A DNA stretch of 64,000 nucleotides from positions 2,947 to 66,946 of the forward strand of contig WJJJ01000013.1 of the NCBI GenBank assembly GCA_014729775.1, given 5' to 3'. Made by a program: the position numbers and the translations under genes. The stretch is from Candidatus Omnitrophota bacterium (GTDB lineage: Bacteria; Omnitrophota; Gorgyraeia; Duberdicusellales; 4484-171). Below are positions 48,958-57,660 of this stretch, in pieces (the first letter of the stretch is position 1; each line of letters starts with the position of its first letter). A model generated the notes under the pieces. That model searched no databases. It saw nothing but the letters and a program-made list of their open reading frames with translations, and was not told the origin of the DNA.

Positions 48958-49338
48958 ATGCCGAGAGGAGACGGAACAGGGCCTCAAGGATTTGGTCCCA
49001 TGACAGGACGGGCCGCGGGGTATTGCGCTGGATTTGGAGTTCCGGGCTTTATGAACGTGGGGCCGGGCAGAGGATTTGGCCGCGGATATGGTCGCGGTTT
49101 TGGCCGCGGATATGGTCGCGGTTTTGGCCGCGGATTTGGTCGCGGTTTTGGCCGCGGCGCTGGGGCGGCATGGAGACAGGATGCGTATGCCTATCCGCCG
49201 GCCGGGTATTCCGGCACCCTTTCCCCGGAGGATGAATCCCGGGCGTTACGCGCCCAGGCCGAAGGGATGGAACGTGAACTTCAGGCGGTGAAGCAGCGTC
49301 TGCAGGAATTGGAAAATCAGGCTGCTCAGGAAGAATAA
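48958..49338 (+). CDS. DUF5320 family protein
   Basis: MPRGDGTGP.G.GPMTGR..GYC.G, GRG[FY] repeats, C-terminal coiled coil. Confidence 0.88.
   Translation: MPRGDGTGPQGFGPMTGRAAGYCAGFGVPGFMNVGPGRGFGRGYGRGFGRGYGRGFGRGFGRGFGRGAGAAWRQDAYAYPPAGYSGTLSPEDESRALRAQAEGMERELQAVKQRLQELENQAAQEE
49075..49157 (+). repeat. 24-bp coding tandem repeat (~3.5 copies)
   Basis: Unit TTTGGCCGCGGAT[A/T]TGGTCGCGGT encoding FGRG[Y/F]GRG. Confidence 0.9.
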
Positions 49339-49347
49339 CGGAAGAAG

Positions 49348-49392
49348 GGCACGCCGGGGTGAGTAAGATCCTTGGCGTGCCGCTTCCTGTTT
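49348..49392 (+). terminator. Intergenic hairpin (terminator or mRNA stabiliser)
   Basis: GGCACGCC...GGCGTGCC followed by GCTTCCTGTTT. Confidence 0.45.
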
Positions 49393-49408
49393 AAGAAAGG
49401 AGTACGGT

Positions 49409-49795
49409 GTGCGTATTGCGATTTCAACTGATTCCGGTCAGGTGTCGGCGCATTTCGGCCGTTGTCCGGAATTCACTCTCGTGGATGTGGAAGAGGGAAA
49501 AGAACTGTCCCGCAGGGTTATTGCCAATCCCGGCCATCATCCCGGATTTTTACCTCAGTTCCTGCGCGATCAGCAGGTTGCGGTGATCATTGCCGGCGGA
49601 ATGGGTCCCCGGGCGCAGGCATTATTTACCGAGCAGGGAATACAAATGATTTTCGGGGTATCCGGTTCGGTCGAGAACGCCGTTTCTCAGTTTCTGAGCG
49701 GAACACTCGTGAAGGGGCAGAGTGCGTGTACTCCCGGATCCGGCCGGGGATACGGAGTGGAGAAGTCTGAGTGCAGCCATGAAGAGGAGAAGTGA
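49409..49795 (+). CDS. NifB/NifX-like Fe-Mo cofactor-binding family protein
   Basis: VSAHFGRCPEF, IAGGMGPRA, C-terminal Cys/His. Confidence 0.88.
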   Translation: MRIAISTDSGQVSAHFGRCPEFTLVDVEEGKELSRRVIANPGHHPGFLPQFLRDQQVAVIIAGGMGPRAQALFTEQGIQMIFGVSGSVENAVSQFLSGTLVKGQSACTPGSGRGYGVEKSECSHEEEK

Positions 49796-49974
49796 AGAGG
49801 CAGCAAAAGAAGTGAGAGGCCAGGAGAGAAACAGGGTATCAGCGTGCAGGCATCAGGGGGCAGGTGATCAGAAAAGCAGCATATGAGAGAGAAGAAAGAA
49901 GATGAGATGAAGAAGTGGAGAGAAGAGGAAACAGCAGAGAAGCAAAGAATCAAAGATCACGAACAAGGAGGGGT

Positions 49975-50337
49975 ATGAAAATTTGTGTGACTGCACAGGA
50001 GAATAATTTGAACGCGGAAATTGATCCCCGTTTCGGTCGCTGTCGTTTTTTCCTTTTCGTGGATGAGGATTCGAAAGAATTCCAGGCGTATGAGAATCCG
50101 AACGCGGTGAGCGGAGGGGGTGCGGGTATTCAATCAGCTCAACAGGTCGCCGAAAGAGGAGCAAAGGCTGTCTTAACCGGCAACGTGGGGCCCAACGCCT
50201 ATCAAACCCTGCATCAGGCCGGAATCAGGGTGATTACCGGTGCTTCTGGAACGGTGCGGGACGCGTTGGAGAAATTCAGCCGGGGAGAGTATTCTGAAAG
50301 CAACGGCCCGAGCGTGGGGCCGAAATTCGGCGCGTAA
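49975..50337 (+). CDS. NifB/NifX-like Fe-Mo cofactor-binding family protein
   Basis: DPRFGRC, GGAGIQSAQ, VLTGNVGPNA. Confidence 0.9.
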   Translation: MKICVTAQENNLNAEIDPRFGRCRFFLFVDEDSKEFQAYENPNAVSGGGAGIQSAQQVAERGAKAVLTGNVGPNAYQTLHQAGIRVITGASGTVRDALEKFSRGEYSESNGPSVGPKFGA

Positions 50338-50377
50338 TCCTTAAGGGGATGAGAACCGAAAAGAGGAGAAGAGGAAG

Positions 50378-51220
50378 ATGATCGTGTCTGTGGCGAGCGG
50401 CAAGGGCGGAACGGGGAAAACTACGATTGCCGTGAATTTGGCGCTTTCGGTATCCGGAGCGCAGTTGCTTGATTGTGATGTAGAAGAGCCAAATTCACAT
50501 TTGTTTCTCCGGCCGGAATTCAGCGGGGAAAAAGAGGTTACGGTTCCTGTTCCCGCGGTTGACGCGCAGCGCTGTACCGGGTGCGGGAAGTGCGCCCAGG
50601 TGTGTCAGTATCATGCGATTGCGGTAGTGGGGGGGAAGGTGCTGGTGTTCCCGGAATTATGCCATGGATGCGGCGCGTGCGCCTATGTGTGTCCGGAGGG
50701 CGCGCTCAAGGAGGAGCCGCGCGGTATCGGTGTGGTCCAGAACGGGAAAGCGGGCGAACTTGATTTCGCGCAGGGAGTACTCCATATCGGTCAGGCGATG
50801 GCACCGCCGTTGATCAAAGCGGTGAAAAAAATGAAAGATGAACGGCTGATGACGGTCATTGATGCGCCTCCGGGAACCTCCTGTCCAATGATTACCGCCG
50901 TCAAGGATTCCGATTACGTGGTTTTAGTAACCGAACCGACGCCGTTTGGACTGAATGACCTTACGCTGGCGGTCGAGGTGGTACGGACGTTGGGGATTCC
51001 CTGCGGTGTGGTGGTGAATAAGGCTGACCTCGGTGACCGCAAGGTATTCGAGTACTGTGATCGTGAAGGTATTCCAGTACTCATGGAAATCCCGTTCAGC
51101 CGGCAAATCGCCGAAGCGTATTCTGAAGGTCGTCCTTTTGTCACGGTATTGCCGGAATGGAAGCGGCGGTTCGCGGGATTGAGAAAAATGATCGAACACC
51201 AGCGAAAGGAACCGGGATGA
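50378..51220 (+). CDS. MinD-superfamily P-loop ATPase with inserted 2x[4Fe-4S] ferredoxin domain
   Basis: SGKGGTGKTT, DCDVEEPN, CTGCGKC...C, CHGCGAC...CP, DAPPGTSCP, VTEPTPFG. Confidence 0.92.
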   Translation: MIVSVASGKGGTGKTTIAVNLALSVSGAQLLDCDVEEPNSHLFLRPEFSGEKEVTVPVPAVDAQRCTGCGKCAQVCQYHAIAVVGGKVLVFPELCHGCGACAYVCPEGALKEEPRGIGVVQNGKAGELDFAQGVLHIGQAMAPPLIKAVKKMKDERLMTVIDAPPGTSCPMITAVKDSDYVVLVTEPTPFGLNDLTLAVEVVRTLGIPCGVVVNKADLGDRKVFEYCDREGIPVLMEIPFSRQIAEAYSEGRPFVTVLPEWKRRFAGLRKMIEHQRKEPG

Positions 51221-52092
51221 GACAGGTCGTGGTGATCAGTGGAAAAGGCGGCACGGGAAAGACCATCGTTACCGCTTCCTTTGCCGCGCTCGCGAAGAAT
51301 AAGATCATGGCCGATTGTGATGTGGACGCGGCAGATTTGCATTTAATGCTCGCGCCGCAGGTCCGCCAGCGACACGATTTTTTCAGCGGGGTGACCGCGC
51401 GGGTTGACCCGTCCCGCTGCGTGCAGTGCGGCCGCTGCCGGGAGGTCTGTCGGTTCGATGCGATCGGGGATGACTTTACCGTGGATCCGGTTGCCTGCGA
51501 GGGGTGCGCGTTCTGCAGTTACGTGTGTACGGAGCGCGCGGTGGAGATGAAACGAAATCTCTGCGGGCAGTGGTTTGTGTCGGATACCCGGTGCGGCCCG
51601 TTGGTACACGCGAAGCTCGGCGTAGCCGAAGAGAATTCGGGAAAATTGGTGAGTACGGTAAGGGAAAAAGCGCGTGAGATGGGAATGAAACAGAAAAGAG
51701 AATGGGTGATCATCGACGGCTCGCCGGGAATCGGGTGTCCGGTTATCGCTTCCCTGAGCGGCGTAGACTGCGCGGTTGTGGTGACCGAACCGTCGCTGTC
51801 GGGTTTACACGACGCCCGCCGGGTGATCGAGGTGGCGGTTCATTTCGGAGTGCCCGTCCGCCTGGTGATCAATAAATGGGATTTGAATCCGGATTTGACC
51901 CGCCGAATAGAAGCATATGCCTCCCAAACGGATATACCCGTGCTGGGCAAGATACGGTTCGACCCGGCGGTCGTGCAGGCGATGGTGAACGGCAGGAGTA
52001 TCGTAGAGACCGCTCAGTCTGAAACCTCCGAAACGATCCGTCACCTATGGGATGCGCTGCGGGCCGACCTTTCCGATTTTCCTTCTTCATAG
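51217..52092 (+). CDS. MinD-superfamily P-loop ATPase with ferredoxin domain (partner paralogue)
   Basis: SGKGGTGKT, DCDVDAADL, CVQCGRC, CEGCAFC, DGSPGIGCPVIAS. Confidence 0.92.
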   Translation: MRQVVVISGKGGTGKTIVTASFAALAKNKIMADCDVDAADLHLMLAPQVRQRHDFFSGVTARVDPSRCVQCGRCREVCRFDAIGDDFTVDPVACEGCAFCSYVCTERAVEMKRNLCGQWFVSDTRCGPLVHAKLGVAEENSGKLVSTVREKAREMGMKQKREWVIIDGSPGIGCPVIASLSGVDCAVVVTEPSLSGLHDARRVIEVAVHFGVPVRLVINKWDLNPDLTRRIEAYASQTDIPVLGKIRFDPAVVQAMVNGRSIVETAQSETSETIRHLWDALRADLSDFPSS

Positions 52093-52157
52093 CTGGAAAA
52101 AGCGCGCGAAGGATTGTATAATATCTGTATTTGTGAATCATTGAAAGGAGGGGACCG

Positions 52158-52466
52158 ATGCCGGATTTCGGGAATGCGTTTTCGGGATTAAAAAATGACA
52201 GAAAGCTCACCAGAGAAGAATTGATCCGTGCGGTGAGGTTCATGATCGCCGCCGAATACGAGGCGATCCAGCTGTATATGCAGCTGGCCGAATCCACGGA
52301 TCACGAACTCGTGCAGGAGGTACTGCGTGATGTTGCCGACGAGGAAAGGGTCCATGCGGGTGAATTCCTGCGCTTATTGAAGGAGCTTGCTCCGGACGAA
52401 GAGGAGTTTTATCGCGAGGGCGAAGAAGAGGTCGAAGAGGAGTTCTTGCGGAAGAAGAAACGCTGA
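52158..52466 (+). CDS. Small ferritin-like (rubrerythrin/EncFtn-like) protein
   Basis: AEYEAIQLY...DVADEERVHAGEF (ExxH di-iron ligands). Confidence 0.85.
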   Translation: MPDFGNAFSGLKNDRKLTREELIRAVRFMIAAEYEAIQLYMQLAESTDHELVQEVLRDVADEERVHAGEFLRLLKELAPDEEEFYREGEEEVEEEFLRKKKR

Positions 52467-52482
52467 CCTTCCCCCCAAACTA

Positions 52483-52575
52483 GGTTCAACCTACGCGGTT
52501 GAACTCACCGTGAGCCCCGATCGAGAAAGGAAAATCAAGGAAACCTTGTGGTTCAACCTACGCGGTTGAACCGGG
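52483..52575. repeat. 93-bp REPIN-like element, copy 1
   Basis: Two GTTCAACC-TACGC-GGTTGAAC hairpins plus spacer; 92/93 identical to 54136-54228. Confidence 0.9.
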
Positions 52576-52782
52576 GGGGACGGGTTCGTGGATCCGGATA
52601 TCGGGTCATCAGCAATACCAAAATTCTCTGATATTCCGGAGTGCGTGCATCTACTTTTTTCCTGTTCGCTCTGTTCGATTGCAAGGTCAACGTTTTTCCT
52701 ATACAATAGGTTTTCACCCAGGAAATAGTGTTTGTATGTGGGAGGGGCTTGATTCCCGAGGAGTGCGACGGACAGGAGGCGC

Positions 52783-54120
52783 ATGCGAATACTCATAATC
52801 GGAGCGGGGCCAACCGGCTTAAGCACGGGCCGGAGGCTTCTTGAGTTGGGACACGATGATTTTACAATCTATGAACAGCACTCCTACGCGGGAGGGCTGT
52901 GTGCCAGTTTCCGCGATGAGCAGGGTTTTACCTGGGATCTCGGCGGGCATGTGATCTTTTCCCAGTATCCCTACTTCAACCAGTTGTTTGAATCGGCGCT
53001 CCACGGTCAATTTTACGAGCATACCCGGAAGGCCTGGATTTATTTCATGGACCGATGGGTGCCTTATCCGTTTCAAAACAACCTTCGTCATCTGCCGCGG
53101 GAGGTAATTGCCAAGTGCGTGCGGGATCTTCGTGCGGCGCATCGCAAGAATACTTCTCCGGAGAATTTCAAAGAGTGGATTATGGCCAACATGGGCGAAG
53201 GGATCGCCCAGTATTTTATGCTTCCCTATAACGAAAAAGTATGGGCGTATCCGCTGGAGGACATGAGTGCGGACTGGATCACCGAACGGGTCAGCCGGCC
53301 TGACGTAAAAGAAGTGGTAGGGCTGCTGATCTCAGATAAAGACCGTATGGATTGGGGGCCGAACTCCATTTTTAAGTTTCCCGCTGAAGGGGGGACGGGC
53401 CAGATCTTCCATAACGTGGCCGCCCAGCTTGCACAGAAGATACAGTTCGATACGCGCGTGGAGGAGGTGGATCTTATTGGTAAAAGCGTGAAGCTGAGTA
53501 ACGGCGCGCGGCAAGGGTATGATGTATTGGTGAATACTTCTCCCCTCGATCTTTTCACCCGCATGTGCGCAGGGGCGCCGGCATCGCTGACGGAATGGGG
53601 GGAACAATTGGCACACAATCGGGTATGGGTCGTTGGCGTGGGATTAAAGAAAGGAGCGCTCGATGAAAAATCGTGGGGATATTTTCCGCAGAAGGATGTG
53701 CCGTTCTTCCGCGCGACCTATTTTTCCAATTATTCTCCACGTAACGTACCCGGCCCGGGATACCGGTCGTTTTTGTGCGAAACGGCATATTCTGAGGATT
53801 CCCCATTTGGAAAAAACCAAGCCGTGGATACGACGATCGCAGGTCTTCTTGACACCGGTTTAATCGCGCCGGAGGAAAGGAGCAATATTGTGTCTACGTT
53901 TTCATTCGATATCCCTTACGCCTATCCCATTCCTACCCTAAACCGGGAGAAAGTATTGGCGCGGATTAATCCGCTGCTTGAAGAGCACGGGGTGTTTTCG
54001 CGAGGTCGTTTCGGGGCGTGGCGGTATGAAGTAGGCAATACCGACCATTCGGTCATGCAGGGGAAAGAAATCGCCGACCGGATAGTGAACGGAACGACAG
54101 AGACGGTGTGGCACGGGTAA
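52783..54120 (+). CDS. FAD-dependent enzyme, eukaryote-type UDP-galactopyranose mutase-like
   Basis: IIGAGPTG, DLGGHVIFS, VPYPFQNN, PYNEKVW, WGPN..F.FP..GGTG, RATYFSNYSP, RGRFGAWRYEVGNTDHS. Confidence 0.75.
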   Translation: MRILIIGAGPTGLSTGRRLLELGHDDFTIYEQHSYAGGLCASFRDEQGFTWDLGGHVIFSQYPYFNQLFESALHGQFYEHTRKAWIYFMDRWVPYPFQNNLRHLPREVIAKCVRDLRAAHRKNTSPENFKEWIMANMGEGIAQYFMLPYNEKVWAYPLEDMSADWITERVSRPDVKEVVGLLISDKDRMDWGPNSIFKFPAEGGTGQIFHNVAAQLAQKIQFDTRVEEVDLIGKSVKLSNGARQGYDVLVNTSPLDLFTRMCAGAPASLTEWGEQLAHNRVWVVGVGLKKGALDEKSWGYFPQKDVPFFRATYFSNYSPRNVPGPGYRSFLCETAYSEDSPFGKNQAVDTTIAGLLDTGLIAPEERSNIVSTFSFDIPYAYPIPTLNREKVLARINPLLEEHGVFSRGRFGAWRYEVGNTDHSVMQGKEIADRIVNGTTETVWHG

Positions 54121-54135
54121 ATACCTAAAACCGCC

Positions 54136-54253
54136 GGTTCAACCTACGCGGTTGAACTCACCGTGAGCCCCGATTGAGAAAGGAAAATCAAGGAAACCTT
54201 GTGGTTCAACCTACGCGGTTGAACCGGGTTGGGGCACGCGGTTGAACCGGGGG
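54136..54253. repeat. 93-bp REPIN-like element, copy 2, plus extra half-REP
   Basis: 54136-54228 matches copy 1; ACGCGGTTGAACCGGGGG follows at 54236. Confidence 0.9.
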
Positions 54254-54754
54254 AGGCAAATGCTTCGCTTCTTTTTTTTCTCTCCGTAAGCAGCTGTCGT
54301 TGGGTTCTTTACCCGCCGTTGTTTCCCTTCGTGTGTGCCTTCCTCGGGCTGATCCCGGCGGGAAAGTGTGAACCAAATCAAAATAAACAGGACGCAGGCC
54401 CTGTCTGAATAGTTCCCGCTATCCTATAATCATTATAGATATTCCGCACCTCACAGATTAGCGATAAGCGCGCGGCGCGTCAGGTGTGCCTCGCCTCCCC
54501 CTTTGTGTGCCCCGCGCGAGTCGCTAATCTGTCTTCATCTCTTTGCGCAATCTGTCAACTCCGCCTGGGGCGATTTTCCCTGGTGAGTGCCTCATTTCTG
54601 AGTACGCGGTTCGCCCCGGACAGGCGAGTACCGAGAGTGCCGGAAATTATCCGTGACCGATTGCAAAGCGTATGATTTTCTTATAGAATACCTTTGCGTG
54701 AGGGAAATCCGGGGGATACAATGACTGCCGGTAATTGGAGGAAGGAGGCTTGAC

Positions 54755-55663
54755 ATGGGTTCGATCACACACGCTGCGGGGTTGCTTCAGGAAAAACTGA
54801 AAACATGGCTGGAGTCCTGCATTTTGGTCCTGCCGAATTTTCTCGTCGCCCTGCTGGTGCTGGTAGTGAGTTATCTTCTTTCCCGGCGCTTGTCAGCCGT
54901 GGTTCGCGGCATGTTGTCCCGTTTTGTGAAAAATCAGGCCCTGATTAATTTTCTTGGTATTCTTGTTCGCATCACGGTTCTGCTTCTTGGTTTTCTGATC
55001 GCCCTTCGGATACTTGATCTAGACGACGCGTTTTTTTCAGTGATGGCCGGGGTCGGGATCGCCGGGATCGCGATCGGCTTCGCGTTTCAGGATGTTGCTT
55101 CGAACTTTATCGCCGGAATCGCCCTGGTTTTCCGTTCCGACCGGCCGTTTAAAGTGGGAGATGTGGTGGAGACCAATGATTTTATCGGGGTGATCAAAGA
55201 GATTAATTTGCGGGATACACTCCTTGAAACCTTTCACGGGCATTCGATCTTTATCCCGAACAAGCTTATTTTTGAGAACGCGGTGGTCAACTACACCCTG
55301 AAGGGGCAGCGCCGGGTAGATTTACAGGTGGGTATTTCCTATGGCGAAGATTTGGAAAAGGTGAAAGAAGTAACCATGGCCGCGCTTGAACCTGTGACCG
55401 GAAAACTGGCCGCCCGGCCGGTGGAATTTTATTTTGAAGAGTTCGGCAACAGTTCCATCAACTTTCAGGTGAGGGTGTGGATTCCATTCGTCAGTCAGCC
55501 GGAATATTTACGGACGCGCAGTGACATGGTGGTTCGTATCAAGAAAGCTTATGATCAGCACGGCATTACCATTCCTTTTCCGATTCGGACACTTGACTTC
55601 GGCATTAAGGGCGGGGAAAAACTTTCCGCCATGCTTTCCTCCAAAGAGGGATTCGGCAGTTAG
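54755..55663 (+). CDS. MscS family mechanosensitive channel
   Basis: GIAIGFAFQD...NFIAG, RPFKVGD, IPN, F..FGNSSINF, GITIPFPIR. Confidence 0.92.
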   Translation: MGSITHAAGLLQEKLKTWLESCILVLPNFLVALLVLVVSYLLSRRLSAVVRGMLSRFVKNQALINFLGILVRITVLLLGFLIALRILDLDDAFFSVMAGVGIAGIAIGFAFQDVASNFIAGIALVFRSDRPFKVGDVVETNDFIGVIKEINLRDTLLETFHGHSIFIPNKLIFENAVVNYTLKGQRRVDLQVGISYGEDLEKVKEVTMAALEPVTGKLAARPVEFYFEEFGNSSINFQVRVWIPFVSQPEYLRTRSDMVVRIKKAYDQHGITIPFPIRTLDFGIKGGEKLSAMLSSKEGFGS

Positions 55664-56623
55664 ATGATGCCGGTGACCGAACGTATTGCCGCGGGATTGT
55701 TCCTTGCTGCGGTGCTGGCGGTCTACGCGCTTGAACTGCGAATATTGGCCGCGCAGTTGTTCCGGCGGCCCCTCCCTTCCGTATTTCTCCGCCGGGCGCG
55801 TCCCTGGATTCACGCGGCCGCGTTGGCTGGGTTGATCTGTTTTCTGTATGGGTTATTCGTTGAGCCCTACTGGCTGCAGGTGAATCGAGAGAAGATACGG
55901 ACAGGATCCTTACGTGATACTTCCTTCCGCGTGGTGCAGATTTCCGATCTGCATTGTGACCGGAAAATCCGGAACGAGCCGAAACTGGTCAGGATGGTCA
56001 ATGAGCTCCGCCCCGATATTATCGTGTTTACCGGCGACGCGCTCAATACAGAAAAAGCGCTGGGAACGTTTCGACGGACACTTGCCTCGCTGCGGTCCTC
56101 CCACGGAAAATTCGCGGTTCGCGGTAATTTTGACGTGTGGTATTGGGACGAGGCCGAGCTGTTTTCCGGGACGGGATTCCGGGAACTGAACGCGACGGTA
56201 GCAGTTCAGAAAAACGGCGAAGTGCTGTACCTTACCGGTTCACGGTGTGATCGTCCTTCCGAGATACTGACACGGTGCGCCGAGGTTCCCCGTGGAATTT
56301 TTCATATCGTGCTGTTTCACTATCCGTATCTGGTGGAGCGGCTCCCCGCGCGTTCCACTGATTTATATTTATGCGGACATACGCACGGGGGGCAGGTCGC
56401 GGTTCCCGGCTACGGCGCGCTGGTTACGATGTCACGACTGGGTAAGAAATACGAACGGGGGAAGTACCGGGTAGAGAATACCCATATGTACGTGAATCGC
56501 GGGGTCGGGATGGAAGGCGGGATCGCGCCGCGGGTGCGGTTCTTTGCCCGGCCGGAAATCACGGTGTTCGATATCGTTCCGGTCAGTGCCGTGAACGGAA
56601 ATGCTTCCGGAGCAGGGCAATGA
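55664..56623 (+). CDS. Membrane-anchored metallophosphoesterase
   Basis: QISDLH, FTGD, RGNFD, CGHTHGGQ, YVNRG.G, RPEI. Confidence 0.9.
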   Translation: MMPVTERIAAGLFLAAVLAVYALELRILAAQLFRRPLPSVFLRRARPWIHAAALAGLICFLYGLFVEPYWLQVNREKIRTGSLRDTSFRVVQISDLHCDRKIRNEPKLVRMVNELRPDIIVFTGDALNTEKALGTFRRTLASLRSSHGKFAVRGNFDVWYWDEAELFSGTGFRELNATVAVQKNGEVLYLTGSRCDRPSEILTRCAEVPRGIFHIVLFHYPYLVERLPARSTDLYLCGHTHGGQVAVPGYGALVTMSRLGKKYERGKYRVENTHMYVNRGVGMEGGIAPRVRFFARPEITVFDIVPVSAVNGNASGAGQ

Positions 56624-57084
56624 CGGGGATAATTGTGTATCATTCGGCGCATCATCAGAATACCGCCAAGGTGGCAGACGCCATGGCCCAAGTCGCGGGG
56701 TGTCAGGCGGTTCGAGCCGGGGAAATTGATCCCGGGGAACTGACGAAATACGAAGTGGCCGGGTTCGGCTCGGGAATATATTTCGGAAGGCATCACCGGA
56801 TACTCTTGCGCTGGGTCGAACAATGTCCCGCACTCCCCGCGCAGGTTTTCATTTTTTCGACCAGCGGACGGGGAACCGGAGGAAAGAATCACCGGGCACT
56901 GCGCGAGATGATTCGCCGTCGCGGCTGCCGTGTGCGCGGGGAGTTCGCCTGCAAAGGATACGATACCTTCGGTCCTTTGAAGTTATTCGGAGGCATTCAC
57001 CGCGGGAAACCGGATCACGGCGATATTCGCCGGGCACGGGAATTCGCGATGCGCATGAATGCAGATCTTCCGCCGGAGCCGTAA
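56620..57084 (+). CDS. Flavodoxin family protein
   Basis: YHSAHHQNT.KVA, GFGSGIYFG, FSTSG, GEFACKGYDTFGP. Confidence 0.88.
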   Translation: MTGIIVYHSAHHQNTAKVADAMAQVAGCQAVRAGEIDPGELTKYEVAGFGSGIYFGRHHRILLRWVEQCPALPAQVFIFSTSGRGTGGKNHRALREMIRRRGCRVRGEFACKGYDTFGPLKLFGGIHRGKPDHGDIRRAREFAMRMNADLPPEP

Positions 57085-57105
57085 TAAGACGTGCAGGTTT
57101 TTTGC

Positions 57106-57146
57106 TTGACGTTTGAGAGTTTTTCCTATATAGTAGCTATTCCTAT
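57106..57146 (+). promoter_or_regulatory. sigma70 promoter with an overlapping imperfect Fur/PerR-type palindrome
   Basis: TTGACG-N17-TATAGT; ATAGTAGCTATTCCTAT overlaps the -10. Confidence 0.45.
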
Positions 57147-57168
57147 CTGACAGTGAAAGGAGCGCGCA

Positions 57169-57660
57169 ATGGAGAGATTTTTGCAGCGTTGCAGGCAAGA
57201 TCGTATACGGATCACTCCTCAGCGGGAGGCGATTTACCGGGTGGTGAAAGACGCTCACGAACACCCGTATGCACAACGGGTATATCGTAAAGTGAAACCC
57301 AGATTCCGGTCTATCTCATTTGATACGGTCAACCGCACGTTGGAACTGTTCGTGCGTATGGGGCTGTTGAAGACGGTAGAGGGCAGCGGGCAGCCAAAGC
57401 GGTTTGATGCCGATCTCGGATCTCATTCGCATTTCCGCTGTACGCGGTGTAACACGATTTTTGATTTTTCTTACGGTCCTTACGAACGGTTGACAGTTCC
57501 CCGCAAGATCAGCACGCGGCACTCAGTCCGGTCCGTGAGTGTAGTAATAGAGGGTATATGCGAACGATGTTCACGCAGGAAACCGGCCCCGAAAGAAGGT
57601 GTTCATGAAAGTGTTAGGGATATGCGGAACCAACAAAAAAGAAGAAAAATCGGCAAGTGA
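57169..57660 (+). CDS. Fur/PerR family transcriptional regulator
   Basis: RITPQREAI, HPYA, ISFDTVNRTL, HSHFRCTRC, GICERC. Confidence 0.88.
   Translation: MERFLQRCRQDRIRITPQREAIYRVVKDAHEHPYAQRVYRKVKPRFRSISFDTVNRTLELFVRMGLLKTVEGSGQPKRFDADLGSHSHFRCTRCNTIFDFSYGPYERLTVPRKISTRHSVRSVSVVIEGICERCSRRKPAPKEGVHESVRDMRNQQKRRKIGK

Noticed and set aside
49409-50337. Nitrogen fixation genes
   Set aside because: NifX-like domains only; no nifHDK or nifB radical-SAM domain in the window.
52158-52466. Encapsulin nanocompartment system
   Set aside because: The ferritin-like gene has no adjacent encapsulin shell gene and no obvious C-terminal targeting peptide.
52483-54228. Palindromic repeats as CRISPR
   Set aside because: The spacer is essentially the same in both copies and each has only two units.
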